64,000 nt of DNA from Eledone cirrhosa (taxonomy: Eukaryota): assembly GCA_964016885.1 (NCBI GenBank), contig OZ024740.1, positions 431,520,001 through 431,584,000 on the forward strand, read 5' to 3'. The position numbers and the translations under genes were made by a program. The notes beneath the pieces were generated by a model. That model was not told where the DNA came from. It did no database searches and worked only from the letters and a program-made list of their open reading frames with translations. Of this stretch, positions 26,801-42,100 are shown piece by piece (position 1 is the first letter of the stretch; every line of letters begins with the position of its first letter).

Positions 26801-29800
26801 AGTAGGTTGTGGTATTGAACTCTGTTAAAGACATCCCAGGAGTAGGTTGTGGTGTTGAACTCCGTTAAAGACATCCCAGGCGTAGGTCGTTGTATTGAAC
26901 TCTGTTAAAGAGATCCCAGAAGAAGGTTGTGGTTTTGAACTCTGTTAAAAACATCCCATTAGTAGGTTGTGGTGTTGAACTCTGTTAAATACATCTCAGA
27001 AGTAGGTTGTAGTGTTGAACTCTGTTAAAGTCATCCCATTAGTAGGTTGTGGTGTTGAACTCTGTTAAAAACATCCCATTAGTAGGTTGTGGTGTTGAAC
27101 TCTGTTAAAGACATCCCAGGAGTAGGTTGTGGTGTGGAACTCTGTTAAAGACATCCCAGAAGTAGGTTGTGGTGCTGAACTCTGTTATAGACATCCCAGA
27201 AGTAGGTTGTGGTGTTGAACTCTGTTAAAGACATCCCAGAAGTAGGTTGTGGAATTGAACTCTGTTAAAGACATCCCAGAAGTAGGCTGTGGTGTTGAAC
27301 TCTGTTAAAGACATCCCATTAGTAGGTTGTGGTGTTGAACTCTGTTAAAGACATCCCAGGAGTAGGTTGTGGTATTGAACTCTGTTAAAGACATCCCAGG
27401 AGTAGGTTGTGGTGTTGAACTCTGTTAAAGACTTCCCAGAAGTAGGTTGTTGTATTGAACTCTGTTAAAGTCATCTCAGAAGTAGGTTGTGGTATTGAAC
27501 TCTGTTAAAGACATCCCAGGAGTAGGTTGTGGTGGTGAACTCTGTTAAATATATCCCAGAGGTAGGTTGTGGTGTTGAACACTGTTAAAGACATCCCAGG
27601 AGTAGGTTGTGGTGTTGAACTCTGTTAAAGACTTCCCAGAAGTAGGTTCTTGTATTGAACTCTGTTAAAGACATCCCAGAAGTAGGTTGTGGTATTGAAC
27701 TTTGTTAAAGACATCCCAGAAGTAGGTTGTGGTATTGAACTCTGTTAAAGACATCCTAGAAGTAGGTTTTGGTGTTGAACTCTGTTAAAGACATCTCGGG
27801 AGTAGGTTGTGGTGTTGAACTCTGTTAAAGACATCTCAGAAGTAGGTTGTGGTGTTGAACTTTGTTAAAGACATCCCAGAAGTAGGTTGTGGTGTTGAAC
27901 TCTGTTAAAGACATCCCAGGAGTAGGTTATGGTGATGAACTTTGTTAAAGAGATCCCAGAAGTAGGTTGTGGTGTTGAACTCTGTTAAAGACATCCCAGA
28001 AGTAGGTTGTGGTATTGAACTCTCTCAAAGACATCCCATAAGTAGGCTGTGGTGTTGAACTCTGTTAAAGACATCTCAGAAGTAGGTTGTGGTATTGAAC
28101 TCTGTTAAAGACATCCCAGGAGTAGGTTGTGGTGTTGAACTCTGTTAAAGACATCCCAGGAGTAGGTTATGGTGTTGAACTTTGTTAAAGAGATCCCAGC
28201 AGTAGGTTGTGCTGTTGAACGCTGTTAAAGACATCCCAGAAGTAGGTTGTGGTATTGAACTCTGTTAAAGACTTCCCAGAAGTAGGTTGTGGTGTTGAAC
28301 TCTGTTAAAGACATCCCAGAAGTAGGTTGTGGTGTTGAACTCTGTTAAAGACATCCCAGGAGTAGGTTGTGGTGTTGAACTCTGTTAAAGACATCCCAGA
28401 AGTAGGTTGCGGTGTTGAACTCTGTTAAAGACATCCCAGGAGTAGGTTGTGGTGTTGAAATCTGTTAAAGACATACCAGAGGTAGGTGGTGGTGTTGAAC
28501 TCTGTTACAGACATCCCAGGAGTAGGTTGTGGTAGTGAACTCTGTTAAATATATCCCAGAGGTAGGTTGTGGTGTTGAACTCTGTTAAAGACTTCCCAGA
28601 AGTAGGTTGTTGTATTGAACTCTGTTAAAGACATCCCAGAAGTAGGTTGTGGTATTGATCTTTGTTAAAGACATCCCAGAAGTAGGTTGTGGTATTGAAC
28701 TCTGTTAAAGACATCCCAGGAGTAGGTTGTGGTGTTGAACTCCGTTAAAGACATCCCAGGCGTAGGTCGTTGTATTGAACTCTGTTAAAGAGATCCCAGA
28801 AGAAGGTTGTGGTTTTGAACTCTGTTAAAAACATCCCATTAGTAGGTTGTGGTGTTGAACTCTGTTAAATACATCTCAGAAGTAGGTTGTAGTGTTGAAC
28901 TCTGTTAAAGTCATCCCATTAGTAGGTTGTGGTGTTGAACTCTGTTAAAAACATCCCATTAGTAGGTTGTGGTGTTGAACTCTGTTAAAGACATCCCAGG
29001 AGTAGGTTGTGGTGTGGAACTCTGTTAAAGACATCCCAGAAGTAGGTTGTGGTGCTGAACTCTGTTATAGACATCCCAGAAGTAGGTTGTGGTGTTGAAC
29101 TCTGTTAAAGACATCCCATTAGTAGGTTGTGGTGTTGAACTCTGTTAAAGACATCCCAGAAGTAGGTTGTGGTGTTGAACTCTGTTAAAGACATCCCAGG
29201 AGTAGGTTGTGGTGTTGAACTTTGTTAAAGAGATCCCACCAGCAGGTTGTGGTGTTGAACTCTGTTATAGACATCCCAGAAGTAGGTTGTGGTTTTGAAC
29301 TTTGTTAAAGACATCCCAGAAGTAGGTTGTGGTGTTGAACTCTGTTAAAGACATCCCAGGAGTAGGTTGTGGTATTGAACTCTGTTAAAGACATACCAGA
29401 AATATGTTGTGGTGTTGAACTCTGTTAAAGACATCCCAGGAGTAGGTTGTGGTGTTGAACTCTGTTATAGACATCCCAGAAGTAGGTTGTGGTGTTGAAC
29501 TTTGTTAAAGACATCCCAGGCGTAGGTTGTGGTGTTGAACTCTGTTAAAGACATCCCAGGAGTAGGTTGTAGTATTGAACTCTGTTAAAGACATCCCAGG
29601 AGTAGGTTGTGGTATTGAACTCTGTTAAAGACATCCCAGGAGTAGGTTGTGGTGTTGAACTCTGTTAAAGACTTCCCAGAAGTAGGTTGTTGTATTGAAC
29701 TCTGTTAAAGACATCTCAGAAGTAGGTTGTGGTATTGAACTCTGTTAAAGACATCCCAGGAGTAGGTTGTGGTGGTGAACTCTGTTAAATATATCCCAGA

Positions 29801-32800
29801 GGTAGGTTGTGGTGTTGAACACTGTTAAAGACATCCCAGGAGTAGGTTGTGGTGTTGAACTCTGTTAAAGACTTCCCAGAAGTAGGTTCTTGTATTGAAC
29901 TCTGTTAAAGACATCCCAGAAGTAGGTTGTGGTATTGAACTTTGTTAAAGACATCCCAGAAGTAGGTTGTGGTATTGAACTCTGTTAAAGACATCCTAGA
30001 AGTAGGTTGTGGTGTTGAACTCTGTTAAAGACATCTCGGGAGTAGGTTGTGGTGTTGAACTCTGTTAAAGACATCTCAGAAGTAGGTTGTGGTGTTGAAC
30101 TTTGTTAAAGACATCCCAGAAGTAGGTTGTGGTGTTGAACTCTGTTAAAGACATCCCAGGAGTAGGTTATGGTGATGAACTTTGTTAAAGAGATCCCAGA
30201 AGTAGGTTGTGGTGTTGAACTCTGTTAAAGACATCCCAGAAGTAGGTTGTGGTATTGAACTCTCTCAAAGACATCCCATAAGTAGGCTGTGGTGTTGAAC
30301 TCTGTTAAAGACATCTCAGAAGTAGGTTGTGGTATTGAACTCTGTTAAAGAGATCCCAGCAGTAGGTTGTGCTGTTGAACGCTGTTAAAGACATCCCAGA
30401 AGTAGGTTGTGGTATTGAACTCTGTTAAAGACATCCCAGAAGGAGGTTGTGGTGTTGAACTCTGTTAAAGACATCCCAGAAGTAGGTTGTGGTGTTGAAC
30501 TCTGTTAAAGACATCCCAGGAGTAGGTTGTGGTGTTGAACTCTGTTAAAGACATCCCAGAAGTAGGTTGCGGTGTTGAACTCTGTTAAAGACATCCCAGG
30601 AGTAGGTTGTGGTGTTGAAATCTGTTAAAGACATACCAGAGGTAGGTGGTGGTGTTGAACTCTGTTACAGACATCCCAGGAGTAGGTTGTGGTAGTGAAC
30701 TCTGTTAAATATATCCCAGAGGTAGGTTGTGGTGTTGAACTCTGTTAAAGACTTCCCAGAAGTAGGTTGTTGTATTGAACTCTGTTAAAGACATCCCAGA
30801 AGTAGGTTGTGGTATTGATCTTTGTTAAAGACATCCCAGATGTAGGTTGTGGTATTGAACTCTGTTAAAGACATCCCAGGAGTAGGTTGTGGTGTTGAAC
30901 TCCGTTAAAGACATCCCAGGCGTAGGTCGTTGTATTGAACTCTGTTAAAGAGATCCCAGAAGAAGGTTGTGGTTTTGAACTCTGTTAAAAACATCCCATT
31001 AGTAGGTTGTGGTGTTGAACTCTGTTAAATACATCTCAGAAGTAGGTTGTAGTGTTGAACTCTGTTAAAGTCATCCCATTAGTAGGTTGTGGTGTTGAAC
31101 TCTGTTAAAAACATCCCATTAGTAGGTTGTGGTGTTGAACTCTGTTAAAGACATCCCAGGAGTAGGTTGTGGTGTGGAACTCTGTTAAAGACATCCCAGA
31201 AGTAGGTTGTGGTGCTGAACTCTGTTATAGACATCCCAGAAGTAGGTTGTGGTGTTGAACTCTGTTAAAGACATCCCAGAAGTAGGTTGTGGAATTGAAC
31301 TCTGTTAAAGACATCCCAGAAGTAGGCTGTGGTGTTGAACTCTGTTAAAGACATCCCATTAGTAGGTTGTGGTGTTGAACTCTGTTAAAGACATCCCAGG
31401 AGTAGGTTGTGGTATTGAACTCTGTTAAAGACATCCCAGGAGTAGGTTGTGGTGTTGAACTCTGTTAAAGACTTCCCAGAAGTAGGTTGTGTATTGAACT
31501 CTGTTAAAGACATCTCAGAAGTAGGTTGTGGTATTGAACTCTGTTAAAGACATCCCAGGAGTAGGTTGTGGTGGTGAACTCTGTTAAATATATCCCAGAG
31601 GTAGGTTGTGGTGTTGAACACTGTTAAAGACATCCCAGGAGTAGGTTGTGGTGTTGAACTCTGTTAAAGACTTCCCAGAAGTAGGTTCTTGTATTGAACT
31701 CTGTTAAAGACATCCCAGAAGTAGGTTGTGGTATTGAACTTTGTTAAAGACATCCCAGATGTAGGTTGTGGTATTGAACTCTGTTAAAGACATCCTAGAA
31801 GTAGGTTTTGGTGTTGAACTCTGTTAAAGACATCTCGGGAGTAGGTTGTGGTGTTGATCTCTGTTAAAGACATCTCAGAAGTAGGTTGTGGTGTTGAACT
31901 TTGTTAAAGACATCCCAGAAGTAGGTTGTGGTGTTGAACTCTGTTAAAGACATCCCAGGAGTAGGATAAGGTGATGAACTTTGTTTAAGAGATCCCAGAA
32001 GTAGGTTGTGGTGTTGAACTCTGTTAAAGACATCCCAGAAGTAGGTTGTGGTATTGAACTCTCTCAAAGACATCCCATAAGTAGGCTGTGGTGTTGAACT
32101 CTGTTAAAGACATCTCAGAAGTAGGTTGTGGTATTGAACTCTGTTAAAGACATCCCAGGAGTAGGTTGTGGTGTTGAACTCTGTTAAAGACATCCCAGGA
32201 GTAGGTTATGGTGTTGAACTTTGTTAAAGAGATCCCAGCAGTAGGTTGTGCTGTTGAACGCTGTTAAAGACATCCCAGAAGTAGGTTGTGGTATTGAACT
32301 CTGTTAAAGACATCCCAGAAGTAGGTTGTGGTGTTGAACTCTGTTAAAGACATCCCAGGAGTAGGTTGTGGTGTTGAACTCTGTTAAAGACATCCCAGAA
32401 GTAGGTTGCGGTGTTGAACTCTGTTAAAGACATCCCAGGAGTAGGTTGTGGTGTTGAAATCTGTTAAAGACATACCAGAGGTAGGTGGTGGTGTTGAACT
32501 CTGTTACAGACATCCCAGGAGTAGGTTGTGGTAGTGAACTCTGTTAAATATATCCCAGAGGTAGGTTGTGGTGTTGAACTCTGTTAAAGACTTCCCAGAA
32601 GTAGGTTGTTGTATTGAACTCTGTTAAAGACATCCCAGAAGTAGGTTGTGGTATTGAACTCTGTTAAAGACATCCCAGGAGTAGGTTGTGGTGTTGAACT
32701 CCGTTAAAGACATCCCAGGCGTAGGTCGTTGTATTGAACTCTGTTAAAGAGATCCCAGAAGAAGGTTGTGGTTTTGAACTCTGTTAAAAACATCCCATTA

Positions 32801-33150
32801 GTAGGTTGTGGTGTTGAACTCTGTTAAATACATCTCAGAAGTAGGTTGTAGTGTTGAACTCTGTTAAAGTCATCCCATTAGTAGGTTGTGGTGTTGAACT
32901 CTGTTAAAAACATCCCATTAGTAGGTTGTGGTGTTGAACTCTGTTAAAGACATCCCAGGAGTAGGTTGTGGTGTGGAACTCTGTTAAAGACATCCCAGAA
33001 GTAGGTTGTGGTGCTGAACTCTGTTATAGACATCCCAGAAGTAGGTTGTGGTGTTGAACTCTGTTAAAGACATCCCAGAAGTAGGTTGTGGAATTGAACT
33101 CTGTTAAAGACATCCCAGAAGTAGGCTGTGGTGTTGAACTCTGTTAAAGA
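23900..33150. repeat. HOR domain 3: five ~1.6-2.2 kb units
   Basis: Private marker TCTCTCAAAGACATCCCATA at 24581, 26141, 28021, 30261, 32060 (spacings 1560, 1880, 2240, 1799). GCTGTTGAACGCTG follows each one. Confidence 0.85.
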
Positions 33151-36100
33151 CATCCCATTAGTAGGTTGTGGTGTTGAACTCTGTTAAAGACATCTCAGAA
33201 GTAGGTTGTGGAATTGAACTCTGTTAAAGACATCCCATTAGTAGGTTGTGGTGTTGAACTCTGTTAAAGACATCTCAGAAGTAGGTTGTGGTGTTGAACT
33301 CTGTTAAAGACATCTCAGAAGTAGGTTGTGGTGTTGAAATTTGTTAAAGAGATCCCAGAAGAAGGTTGTGGTTTTGAACTCTGTTAAAGACATCCAAGGA
33401 GTAGGTTGTGGTGTTGAACTCTGTTAAAGACTTCCCAGAAGTAGGTTGTTGTATTGAACTGTGTTAAAGACATCCTAGAAGTAGGCTGTGGTGTTGAACT
33501 CTGTTAAAGACATCTCAGAAGTAGGTTGTGGTATTGAACTCTGTTAAAGACATCCCAGAAGTAGGCTGTGGTATTGAACTCTGTTAAAGACATCCCAGGA
33601 GTAGGTTGTGGTGTTGAACTCCGTTAAAGACATCCCTGGAGTATGTTGTGGTATTGAACTCTATGAAAGACATCCTAGAAATAGGTTGTGTTATTGAACT
33701 CTGTTAAAGACATCTCAGAAGTAGGTTGTGGTGTTGAACTTTGTTAAAGACATCCCAGAAGGAGGTTGTGGTGTTGAACCCTGTTAAAGACATCCCAGGA
33801 GTAGGTTATGGTGTTGAACTTTGTTAAAGAGATCCCAGCAGTAGGTTGTGGTGTTGAACTCTGTTAAAGACATCCCAGAAGTAGGTTGTGCTATTGAACT
33901 CTGTTAAAGACATCCCAGAAGTAGGTTGTGGTGTTGAACTCTGTTAAAGGCATCTCAGAAGTAGGTTGTGGTGTTGAACTCTGTTAAAGACATCCCATAA
34001 GTAGGTTGCGGTATTGAACTCTGTTAAAGACATCCCAGAAGTAGGCTGTGGTGTTGAACTCTGTTAAAGACATCTCAGAAGTAGGTTGTGGTATTGAACT
34101 CTGTTAAAGACATCCCAGGAGTAGGTTGTGGTGTTGAACTCTGTTAAAGACATCCCAGGAGTAGGTTGTGGTGTTGAACTCTGTTAAAGACATCCCAGGA
34201 GTAGGTTGTGGTGTTGAACTCTGTTAAAGACATCCCAGAAGTAGGTTGTGGTGTTGAACTCTGTTAAAGACATCCCAGGAGTAGGTTGTAGTATTGAACA
34301 CTGTTAAAGACATCCCAGGAGTAGTTTGTGGTGGTGAACTCTGTTAAATATATCCCAGAGGTAGGTTGTGGTGTTGAACTCTCTTAAAGACTTCCCAGAA
34401 GTAGGTTGTTGTATTGAACTCTGTTAAAGTCATCCCAGAAGTAGGTTGTGGTATTAAACTCTGTTAAAGACATCCCAGAAGTAGGCTGTGGTGTTGAACT
34501 CTGTTAAAGATATCCCATTAGTAGGTTGTGGTGTTGAACTCTGTTAAAGACATCTCAGAAGTAGGTTGTGGTGTTGAACACTGTTAAAGACATCCCAGAA
34601 GTATGTTGTGGTATTGAACTCTGTTAAATACATCCCAGAAGTAGGCTGTGGTGTTGAACTCTGTTAAAGACATCTCAGAAGTAGGTTGTGGTATTGAACT
34701 CTGTTAAAGACATCCCAGGAGTAGGTTGTGGTGTTGAACTCCGTTAAAGACATCCCAGGCGTAGGTTGTGGTATTGAACTCTGTTAAAGACATCCTAGAA
34801 GTAGGTTGTGGTGTTGATCTCTGTTAAAGACATCCCAGAAGTAGGTTTTTGTGTTGAACTCTGTTAAAGACATCCCAGGAGTAGGTTGTGGTGTTGAAAT
34901 CTGTTAAAGACATACCAGAGGTAGGTGGTGGTGTTGAACTCTGTTACAGACATCCCAGGAGTAGGTTGTGGTAGTGAACTCTGTTAAATATATCCCAGAG
35001 GTAGGTTGTGGTGTTGAACTCTGTTAAAGACTTCCCAGAAGTAGGTTGTTGTATTGAACTCTGTTAAAGACATCCCAGAAGTAGGTTGTGGTATTGATCT
35101 TTGTTAAAGACATCCCAGAAGTAGGTTGTGGTATTGAACTCTGTTAAAGACATCCCAGGAGTAGGTTGTGGTGTTGAACTCCGTTAAAGACATCCCAGGC
35201 GTAGGTCGTTGTATTGAACTCTGTTAAAGAGATCCCAGAAGAAGGTTGTGGTTTTGAACTCTGTTAACAACATCCCATTAGTAGGTTGTGGTGTTGAACT
35301 CTGTTAAATACATCTCAGAAGTAGGTTGTAGTGTTGAACTCTGTTAAAGTCATCCCATTAGTAGGTTGTGGTGTTGAACTCTGTTAAAAACATCCCATTA
35401 GTAGGTTGTGGTGTTGAACTCTGTTAAAGACATCCCAGGAGTAGGTTATGGTGTGGAACTCTGTTAAAGACATCCCAGAAGTAGGTTGTGGTGCTGAACT
35501 CTGTTATAGACATCCCAGAAGTAGGTTGTGGTGTTGAACTCTGTTAAAGACATCCCAGAAGTAGGTTGTGGAATTGAACTCTGTTAAAGACATCCCAGAA
35601 GTAGGCTGTGGTGTTGAACTCTGTTAAAGACATCCCATTAGTAGGTTGTGGTGTTGAACTCTGTTAAAGACATCTCAGAAGTAGGTTGTGGAATTGAACT
35701 CTGTTAAAGACATCCCATTAGTAGGTTGTGGTGTTGAACTCTGTTAAAGACATCTCAGAAGTAGGTTGTGGTGTTGAACTCTGTTAAAGACATCTCAGAA
35801 GTAGGTTGTGGTGTTGAAATTTGTTAAAGAGATCCCAGAAGAAGGTTGTGGTTTTGAACTCTGTTAAAGACATCCAAGGAGTAGGTTGTGGTGTTGAACT
35901 CTGTTAAAGACTTCCCAGAAGTAGGTTGTTGTATTGAACTGTGTTAAAGACATCCTAGAAGTAGGCTGTGGTGTTGAACTCTGTTAAAGACATCTCAGAA
36001 GTAGGTTGTGGTATTGAACTCTGTTAAAGACATCCCAGAAGTAGGCTGTGGTATTGAACTCTGTTAAAGACATCCCAGGAGTAGGTTGTGGTGTTGAACT

Positions 36101-39100
36101 CCGTTAAAGACATCCCTGGAGTATGTTGTGGTATTGAACTCTATGAAAGACATCCTAGAAATAGGTTGTGTTATTGAACTCTGTTAAAGACATCTCAGAA
36201 GTAGGTTGTGGTGTTGAACTTTGTTAAAGACATCCCAGAAGTAGGTTGTGGTGTTGAACCCTGTTAAAGACATCCCAGGAGTAGGTTATGGTGTTGAACT
36301 TTGTTAAAGAGATCCCAGCAGTAGGTTGTGGTGTTGAACTCTGTTAAAGACATCCCAGAAGTAGGTTGTGCTATTGAACTCTGTTAAAGACATCCCAGAA
36401 GTAGGTTGTGGTGTTGAACTCTGTTAAAGGCATCTCAGAAGTAGGTTGTGGTGTTGAACTCTGTTAAAGACATCCCATAAGTAGGTTGCGGTATTGAACT
36501 CTGTTAAAGACATCCCAGAAGTAGGCTGTGGTGTTGAACTCTGTTAAAGACATCTCAGAAGTAGGTTGTGGTATTGAACTCTGTTAAAGACATCCCAGGA
36601 GTAGGTTGTGGTGTTGAACTCTGTTAAAGACATCCCAGGAGTAGGTTGTGGTGTTGAACTCTGTTAAAGACATCCCAGGAGTAGGTTGTGGTGTTGAACT
36701 CTGTTAAAGACATCCCAGAAGTAGGTTGTGGTGTTGAACTCTGTTAAAGACATCCCAGGAGTAGGTTGTAGTATTGAACTCTGTTAAAGACATCCCAGGA
36801 GTAGTTTGTGGTGGTGAACTCTGTTAAATATATCCCAGAGGTAGGTTGTGGTGTTGAACTCTCTTAAAGACTTCCCAGAAGTAGGTTGTTGTATTGAACT
36901 CTGTTAAAGTCATCCCAGAAGTAGGTTGTGGTATTAAACTCTGTTAAAGACATCCCAGAAGTAGGCTGTGGTGTTGAACTCTGTTAAAGATATCCCATTA
37001 GTAGGTTGTGGTGTTGAACTCTGTTAAAGACATCTCAGAAGTAGGTTGTGGTGTTGAACACTGTTAAAGACATCCCAGAAGTATGTTGTGGTATTGAACT
37101 CTGTTAAATACATCCCAGAAGTAGGCTGTGGTGTTGAACTCTGTTAAAGACATCTCAGAAGTAGGTTGTGGTATTGAACTCTGTTAAAGACATCCCAGGA
37201 GTAGGTTGTGGTGTTGAACTTTGTTAAAGACATCCCAGAAGTAGGTTGTGGTGTTGAACTCTGTTAAAGACATCCCAGGAGTAGGTTATGGTGTTGAACT
37301 TTGTTAAAGAGATCCCAGCAGTAGGTTGTGGTGTTGAACTCTGTTAAAGACATCCCAGAAGTAGGTTGTGGTATTGAACTCTGTTAAAGACATCCCAGAA
37401 GTAGGTTGTGGTGTTGAACTCTGTTAAAGACATCCCAGGAGTAGGTTGTGGTGTTGAGCTCTGTTAAAGACATCTCGGGAGTAGGTTGTGGTGTTGAACT
37501 CTGTTAAAGACATCCCAGAAGTAGGTTGTGGTATTGAACTCTGTTAAAGACATCCCAGGAGTAGGTTGTGGTGTTGAACTCTGTTAAAGACATCCCAGGA
37601 GTAGGTTGTGGTGTTGAGCTCTGTTAAAAACATCCCATTAGTAGGTTGTGGTGTTGAACTCTGTTAAAGACATCTCAGAAGTAGGTTGTGGAATTGAACT
37701 CTGTTAAAGACATCCCATTAGTAGGTTGTGGTGTTGAACTCTGTTAAAGACATCTCAGAAGTAGGTTGTGGTGTTGAACTCTGTTAAAGACATCTCAGAA
37801 GTAGGTTGTGGTGTTGAAATTTGTTAAAGAGATCCCAGAAGAAGGTTGTGGTTTTGAACTCTGTTAAAGACATCCAAGGAGTAGGTTGTGGTGTTGAACT
37901 CTGTTAAAGACTTCCCAGAAGTAGGTTGTTGTATTGAACTGTGTTAAAGACATCCTAGAAGTAGGCTGTGGTGTTGAACTCTGTTAAAGACATCTCAGAA
38001 GTAGGTTGTGGTATTGAACTCTGTTAAAGACATCCCAGAAGTAGGCTGTGGTATTGAACTCTGTTAAAGACATCCCAGGAGTAGGTTGTGGTGTTGAACT
38101 CCGTTAAAGACATCCCTGGAGTATGTTGTGGTATTGAACTCTATGAAAGACATCCTAGAAATAGGTTGTGTTATTGAACTCTGTTAAAGACATCTCAGAA
38201 GTAGGTTGTGGTGTTGAACTTTGTTAAAGACATCCCAGAAGGAGGTTGTGGTGTTGAACCCTGTTAAAGACATCCCAGGAGTAGGTTATGGTGTTGAACT
38301 TTGTTAAAGAGATCCCAGCAGTAGGTTGTGGTGTTGAACTCTGTTAAAGACATCCCAGAAGTAGGTTGTGCTATTGAACTCTGTTAAAGACATCCCAGAA
38401 GTAGGTTGTGGTGTTGAACTCTGTTAAAGGCATCTCAGAAGTAGGTTGTGGTGTTGAACTCTGTTAAAGACATCCCATAAGTAGGTTGCGGTATTGAACT
38501 CTGTTAAAGACATCCCAGAAGTAGGCTGTGGTGTTGAACTCTGTTAAAGACATCTCAGAAGTAGGTTGTGGTATTGAACTCTGTTAAAGACATCCCAGGA
38601 GTAGGTTGTGGTGTTGAACTCTGTTAAAGACATCCCAGGAGTAGGTTGTGGTGTTGAACTCTGTTAAAGACATCCCAGGAGTAGGTTGTGGTGTTGAACT
38701 CTGTTAAAGACATCCCAGAAGTAGGTTGTGGTGTTGAACTCTGTTAAAGACATCCCAGGAGTAGGTTGTAGTATTGAACACTGTTAAAGACATCCCAGGA
38801 GTAGTTTGTGGTGGTGAACTCTGTTAAATATATCCCAGAGGTAGGTTGTGGTGTTGAACTCTCTTAAAGACTTCCCAGAAGTAGGTTGTTGTATTGAACT
38901 CTGTTAAAGTCATCCCAGAAGTAGGTTGTGGTATTAAACTCTGTTAAAGACATCCCAGAAGTAGGCTGTGGTGTTGAACTCTGTTAAAGATATCCCATTA
39001 GTAGGTTGTGGTGTTGAACTCTGTTAAAGACATCTCAGAAGTAGGTTGTGGTGTTGAACACTGTTAAAGACATCCCAGAAGTATGTTGTGGTATTGAACT

Positions 39101-42100
39101 CTGTTAAATACATCCCAGAAGTAGGCTGTGGTGTTGAACTCTGTTAAAGACATCTCAGAAGTAGGTTGTGGTATTGAACTCTGTTAAAGACATCCCAGGA
39201 GTAGGTTGTGGTGTTGAACTCCGTTAAAGACATCCCAGGCGTAGGTTGTGGTATTGAACTCTGTTAAAGACATCCTAGAAGTAGGTTGTGGTGTTGATCT
39301 CTGTTAAAGACATCCCAGAAGTAGGTTTTTGTGTTGAACTCTGTTAAAGACATCCCAGGAGTAGGTTGTGGTGTTGAAATCTGTTAAAGACATACCAGAG
39401 GTAGGTGGTGGTGTTGAACTCTGTTACAGACATCCCAGGAGTAGGTTGTGGTAGTGAACTCTGTTAAATATATCCCAGAGGTAGGTTGTGGTGTTGAACT
39501 CTGTTAAAGACTTCCCAGAAGTAGGTTGTTGTATTGAACTCTGTTAAAGACATCCCAGAAGTAGGTTGTGGTATTGATCTTTGTTAAAGACATCCCAGAA
39601 GTAGGTTGTGGTATTGAACTCTGTTAAAGACATCCCAGGAGTAGGTTGTGGTGTTGAACTCCGTTAAAGACATCCCAGGCGTAGGTCGTTTTATTGAACT
39701 CTGTTAAAGAGATCCCAGAAGAAGGTTGTGGTTTTGAACTCTGTTAACAACATCCCATTAGTAGGTTGTGGTGTTGAACTCTGTTAAATACATCTCAGAA
39801 GTAGGTTGTAGTGTTGAACTCTGTTAAAGTCATCCCATTAGTAGGTTGTGGTGTTGAACTCTGTTAAAAACATCCCATTAGTAGGTTGTGGTGTTGAACT
39901 CTGTTAAAGACATCCCAGGAGTAGGTTGTGGTGTGGAACTCTGTTAAAGACATCCCAGAAGTAGGTTGTGGTGCTGAACTCTGTTATAGACATCCCAGAA
40001 GTAGGTTGTGGTGTTGAACTCTGTTAAAGACATCCCAGAAGTAGGTTGTGGAATTGAACTCTGTTAAAGACATCCCAGAAGTAGGCTGTGGTGTTGAACT
40101 CTGTTAAAGACATCCCATTAGTAGGTTGTGGTGTTGAACTCTGTTAAAGACATCTCAGAAGTAGGTTGTGGAATTGAACTCTGTTAAAGACATCCCATTA
40201 GTAGGTTGTGGTGTTGAACTCTGTTAAAGACATCTCAGAAGTAGGTTGTGGTGTTGAACTCTGTTAAAGACATCTCAGAAGTAGGTTGTGGTGTTGAAAT
40301 TTGTTAAAGAGATCCCAGAAGAAGGTTGTGGTTTTGAACTCTGTTAAAGACATCCAAGGAGTAGGTTGTGGTGTTGAACTCTGTTAAAGACTTCCCAGAA
40401 GTAGGTTGTTGTATTGAACTGTGTTAAAGACATCCTAGAAGTAGGCTGTGGTGTTGAACTCTGTTAAAGACATCTCAGAAGTAGGTTGTGGTATTGAACT
40501 CTGTTAAAGACATCCCAGAAGTAGGCTGTGGTATTGAACTCTGTTAAAGACATCCCAGGAGTAGGTTGTGGTGTTGAACTCCGTTAAAGACATCCCTGGA
40601 GTATGTTGTGGTATTGAACTCTATGAAAGACATCCTAGAAATAGGTTGTGTTATTGAACTCTGTTAAAGACATCTCAGAAGTAGGTTGTGGTGTTGAACT
40701 TTGTTAAAGACATCCCAGAAGTAGGTTGTGGTGTTGAACCCTGTTAAAGACATCCCAGGAGTAGGTTATGGTGTTGAACTTTGTTAAAGAGATCCCAGCA
40801 GTAGGTTGTGGTGTTGAACTCTGTTAAAGACATCCCAGAAGTAGGTTGTGCTATTGAACTCTGTTAAAGACATCCCAGAAGTAGGTTGTGGTGTTGAACT
40901 CTGTTAAAGGCATCTCAGAAGTAGGTTGTGGTGTTGAACTCTGTTAAAGACATCCCATAAGTAGGTTGCGGTATTGAACTCTGTTAAAGACATCCCAGAA
41001 GTAGGCTGTGGTGTTGAACTCTGTTAAAGACATCTCAGAAGTAGGTTGTGGTATTGAACTCTGTTAAAGACATCCCAGGAGTAGGTTGTGGTGTTGAACT
41101 CTGTTAAAGACATCCCAGGAGTAGGTTGTGGTGTTGAACTCTGTTAAAGACATCCCAGGAGTAGGTTGTGGTGTTGAACTCTGTTAAAGACATCCCAGAA
41201 GTAGGTTGTGGTGTTGAACTCTGTTAAAGACATCCCAGGAGTAGGTTGTAGTATTGAACTCTGTTAAAGACATCCCAGGAGTAGTTTGTGGTGGTGAACT
41301 CTGTTAAATATATCCCAGAGGTAGGTTGTGGTGTTGAACTCTCTTAAAGACTTCCCAGAAGTAGGTTGTTGTATTGAACTCTGTTAAAGTCATCCCAGAA
41401 GTAGGTTGTGGTATTAAACTCTGTTAAAGACATCCCAGAAGTAGGCTGTGGTGTTGAACTCTGTTAAAGATATCCCATTAGTAGGTTGTGGTGTTGAACT
41501 CTGTTAAAGACATCTCAGAAGTAGGTTGTGGTGTTGAACACTGTTAAAGACATCCCAGAAGTATGTTGTGGTATTGAACTCTGTTAAATACATCCCAGAA
41601 GTAGGCTGTGGTGTTGAACTCTGTTAAAGACATCTCAGAAGTAGGTTGTGGTATTGAACTCTGTTAAAGACATCCCAGGAGTAGGTTGTGGTGTTGAACT
41701 TTGTTAAAGACATCCCAGAAGTAGGTTGTGGTGTTGAACTCTGTTAAAGACATCCCAGGAGTAGGTTATGGTGTTGAACTTTGTTAAAGAGATCCCAGCA
41801 GTAGGTTGTGGTGTTGAACTCTGTTAAAGACATCCCAGAAGTAGGTTGTGGTATTGAACTCTGTTAAAGACATCCCAGAAGTAGGTTGTGGTGTTGAACT
41901 CTGTTAAAGACATCCCAGGAGTAGGTTGTGGTGTTGAGCTCTGTTAAAGACATCTCGGGAGTAGGTTGTGGTGTTGAACTCTGTTAAAGACATCCCAGAA
42001 GTAGGTTGTGGTATTGAACTCTGTTAAAGACATCCCAGGAGTAGGTTGTGGTGTTGAACTCTGTTAAAGACATCCCAGGAGTAGGTTGTGGTGTTGAGCT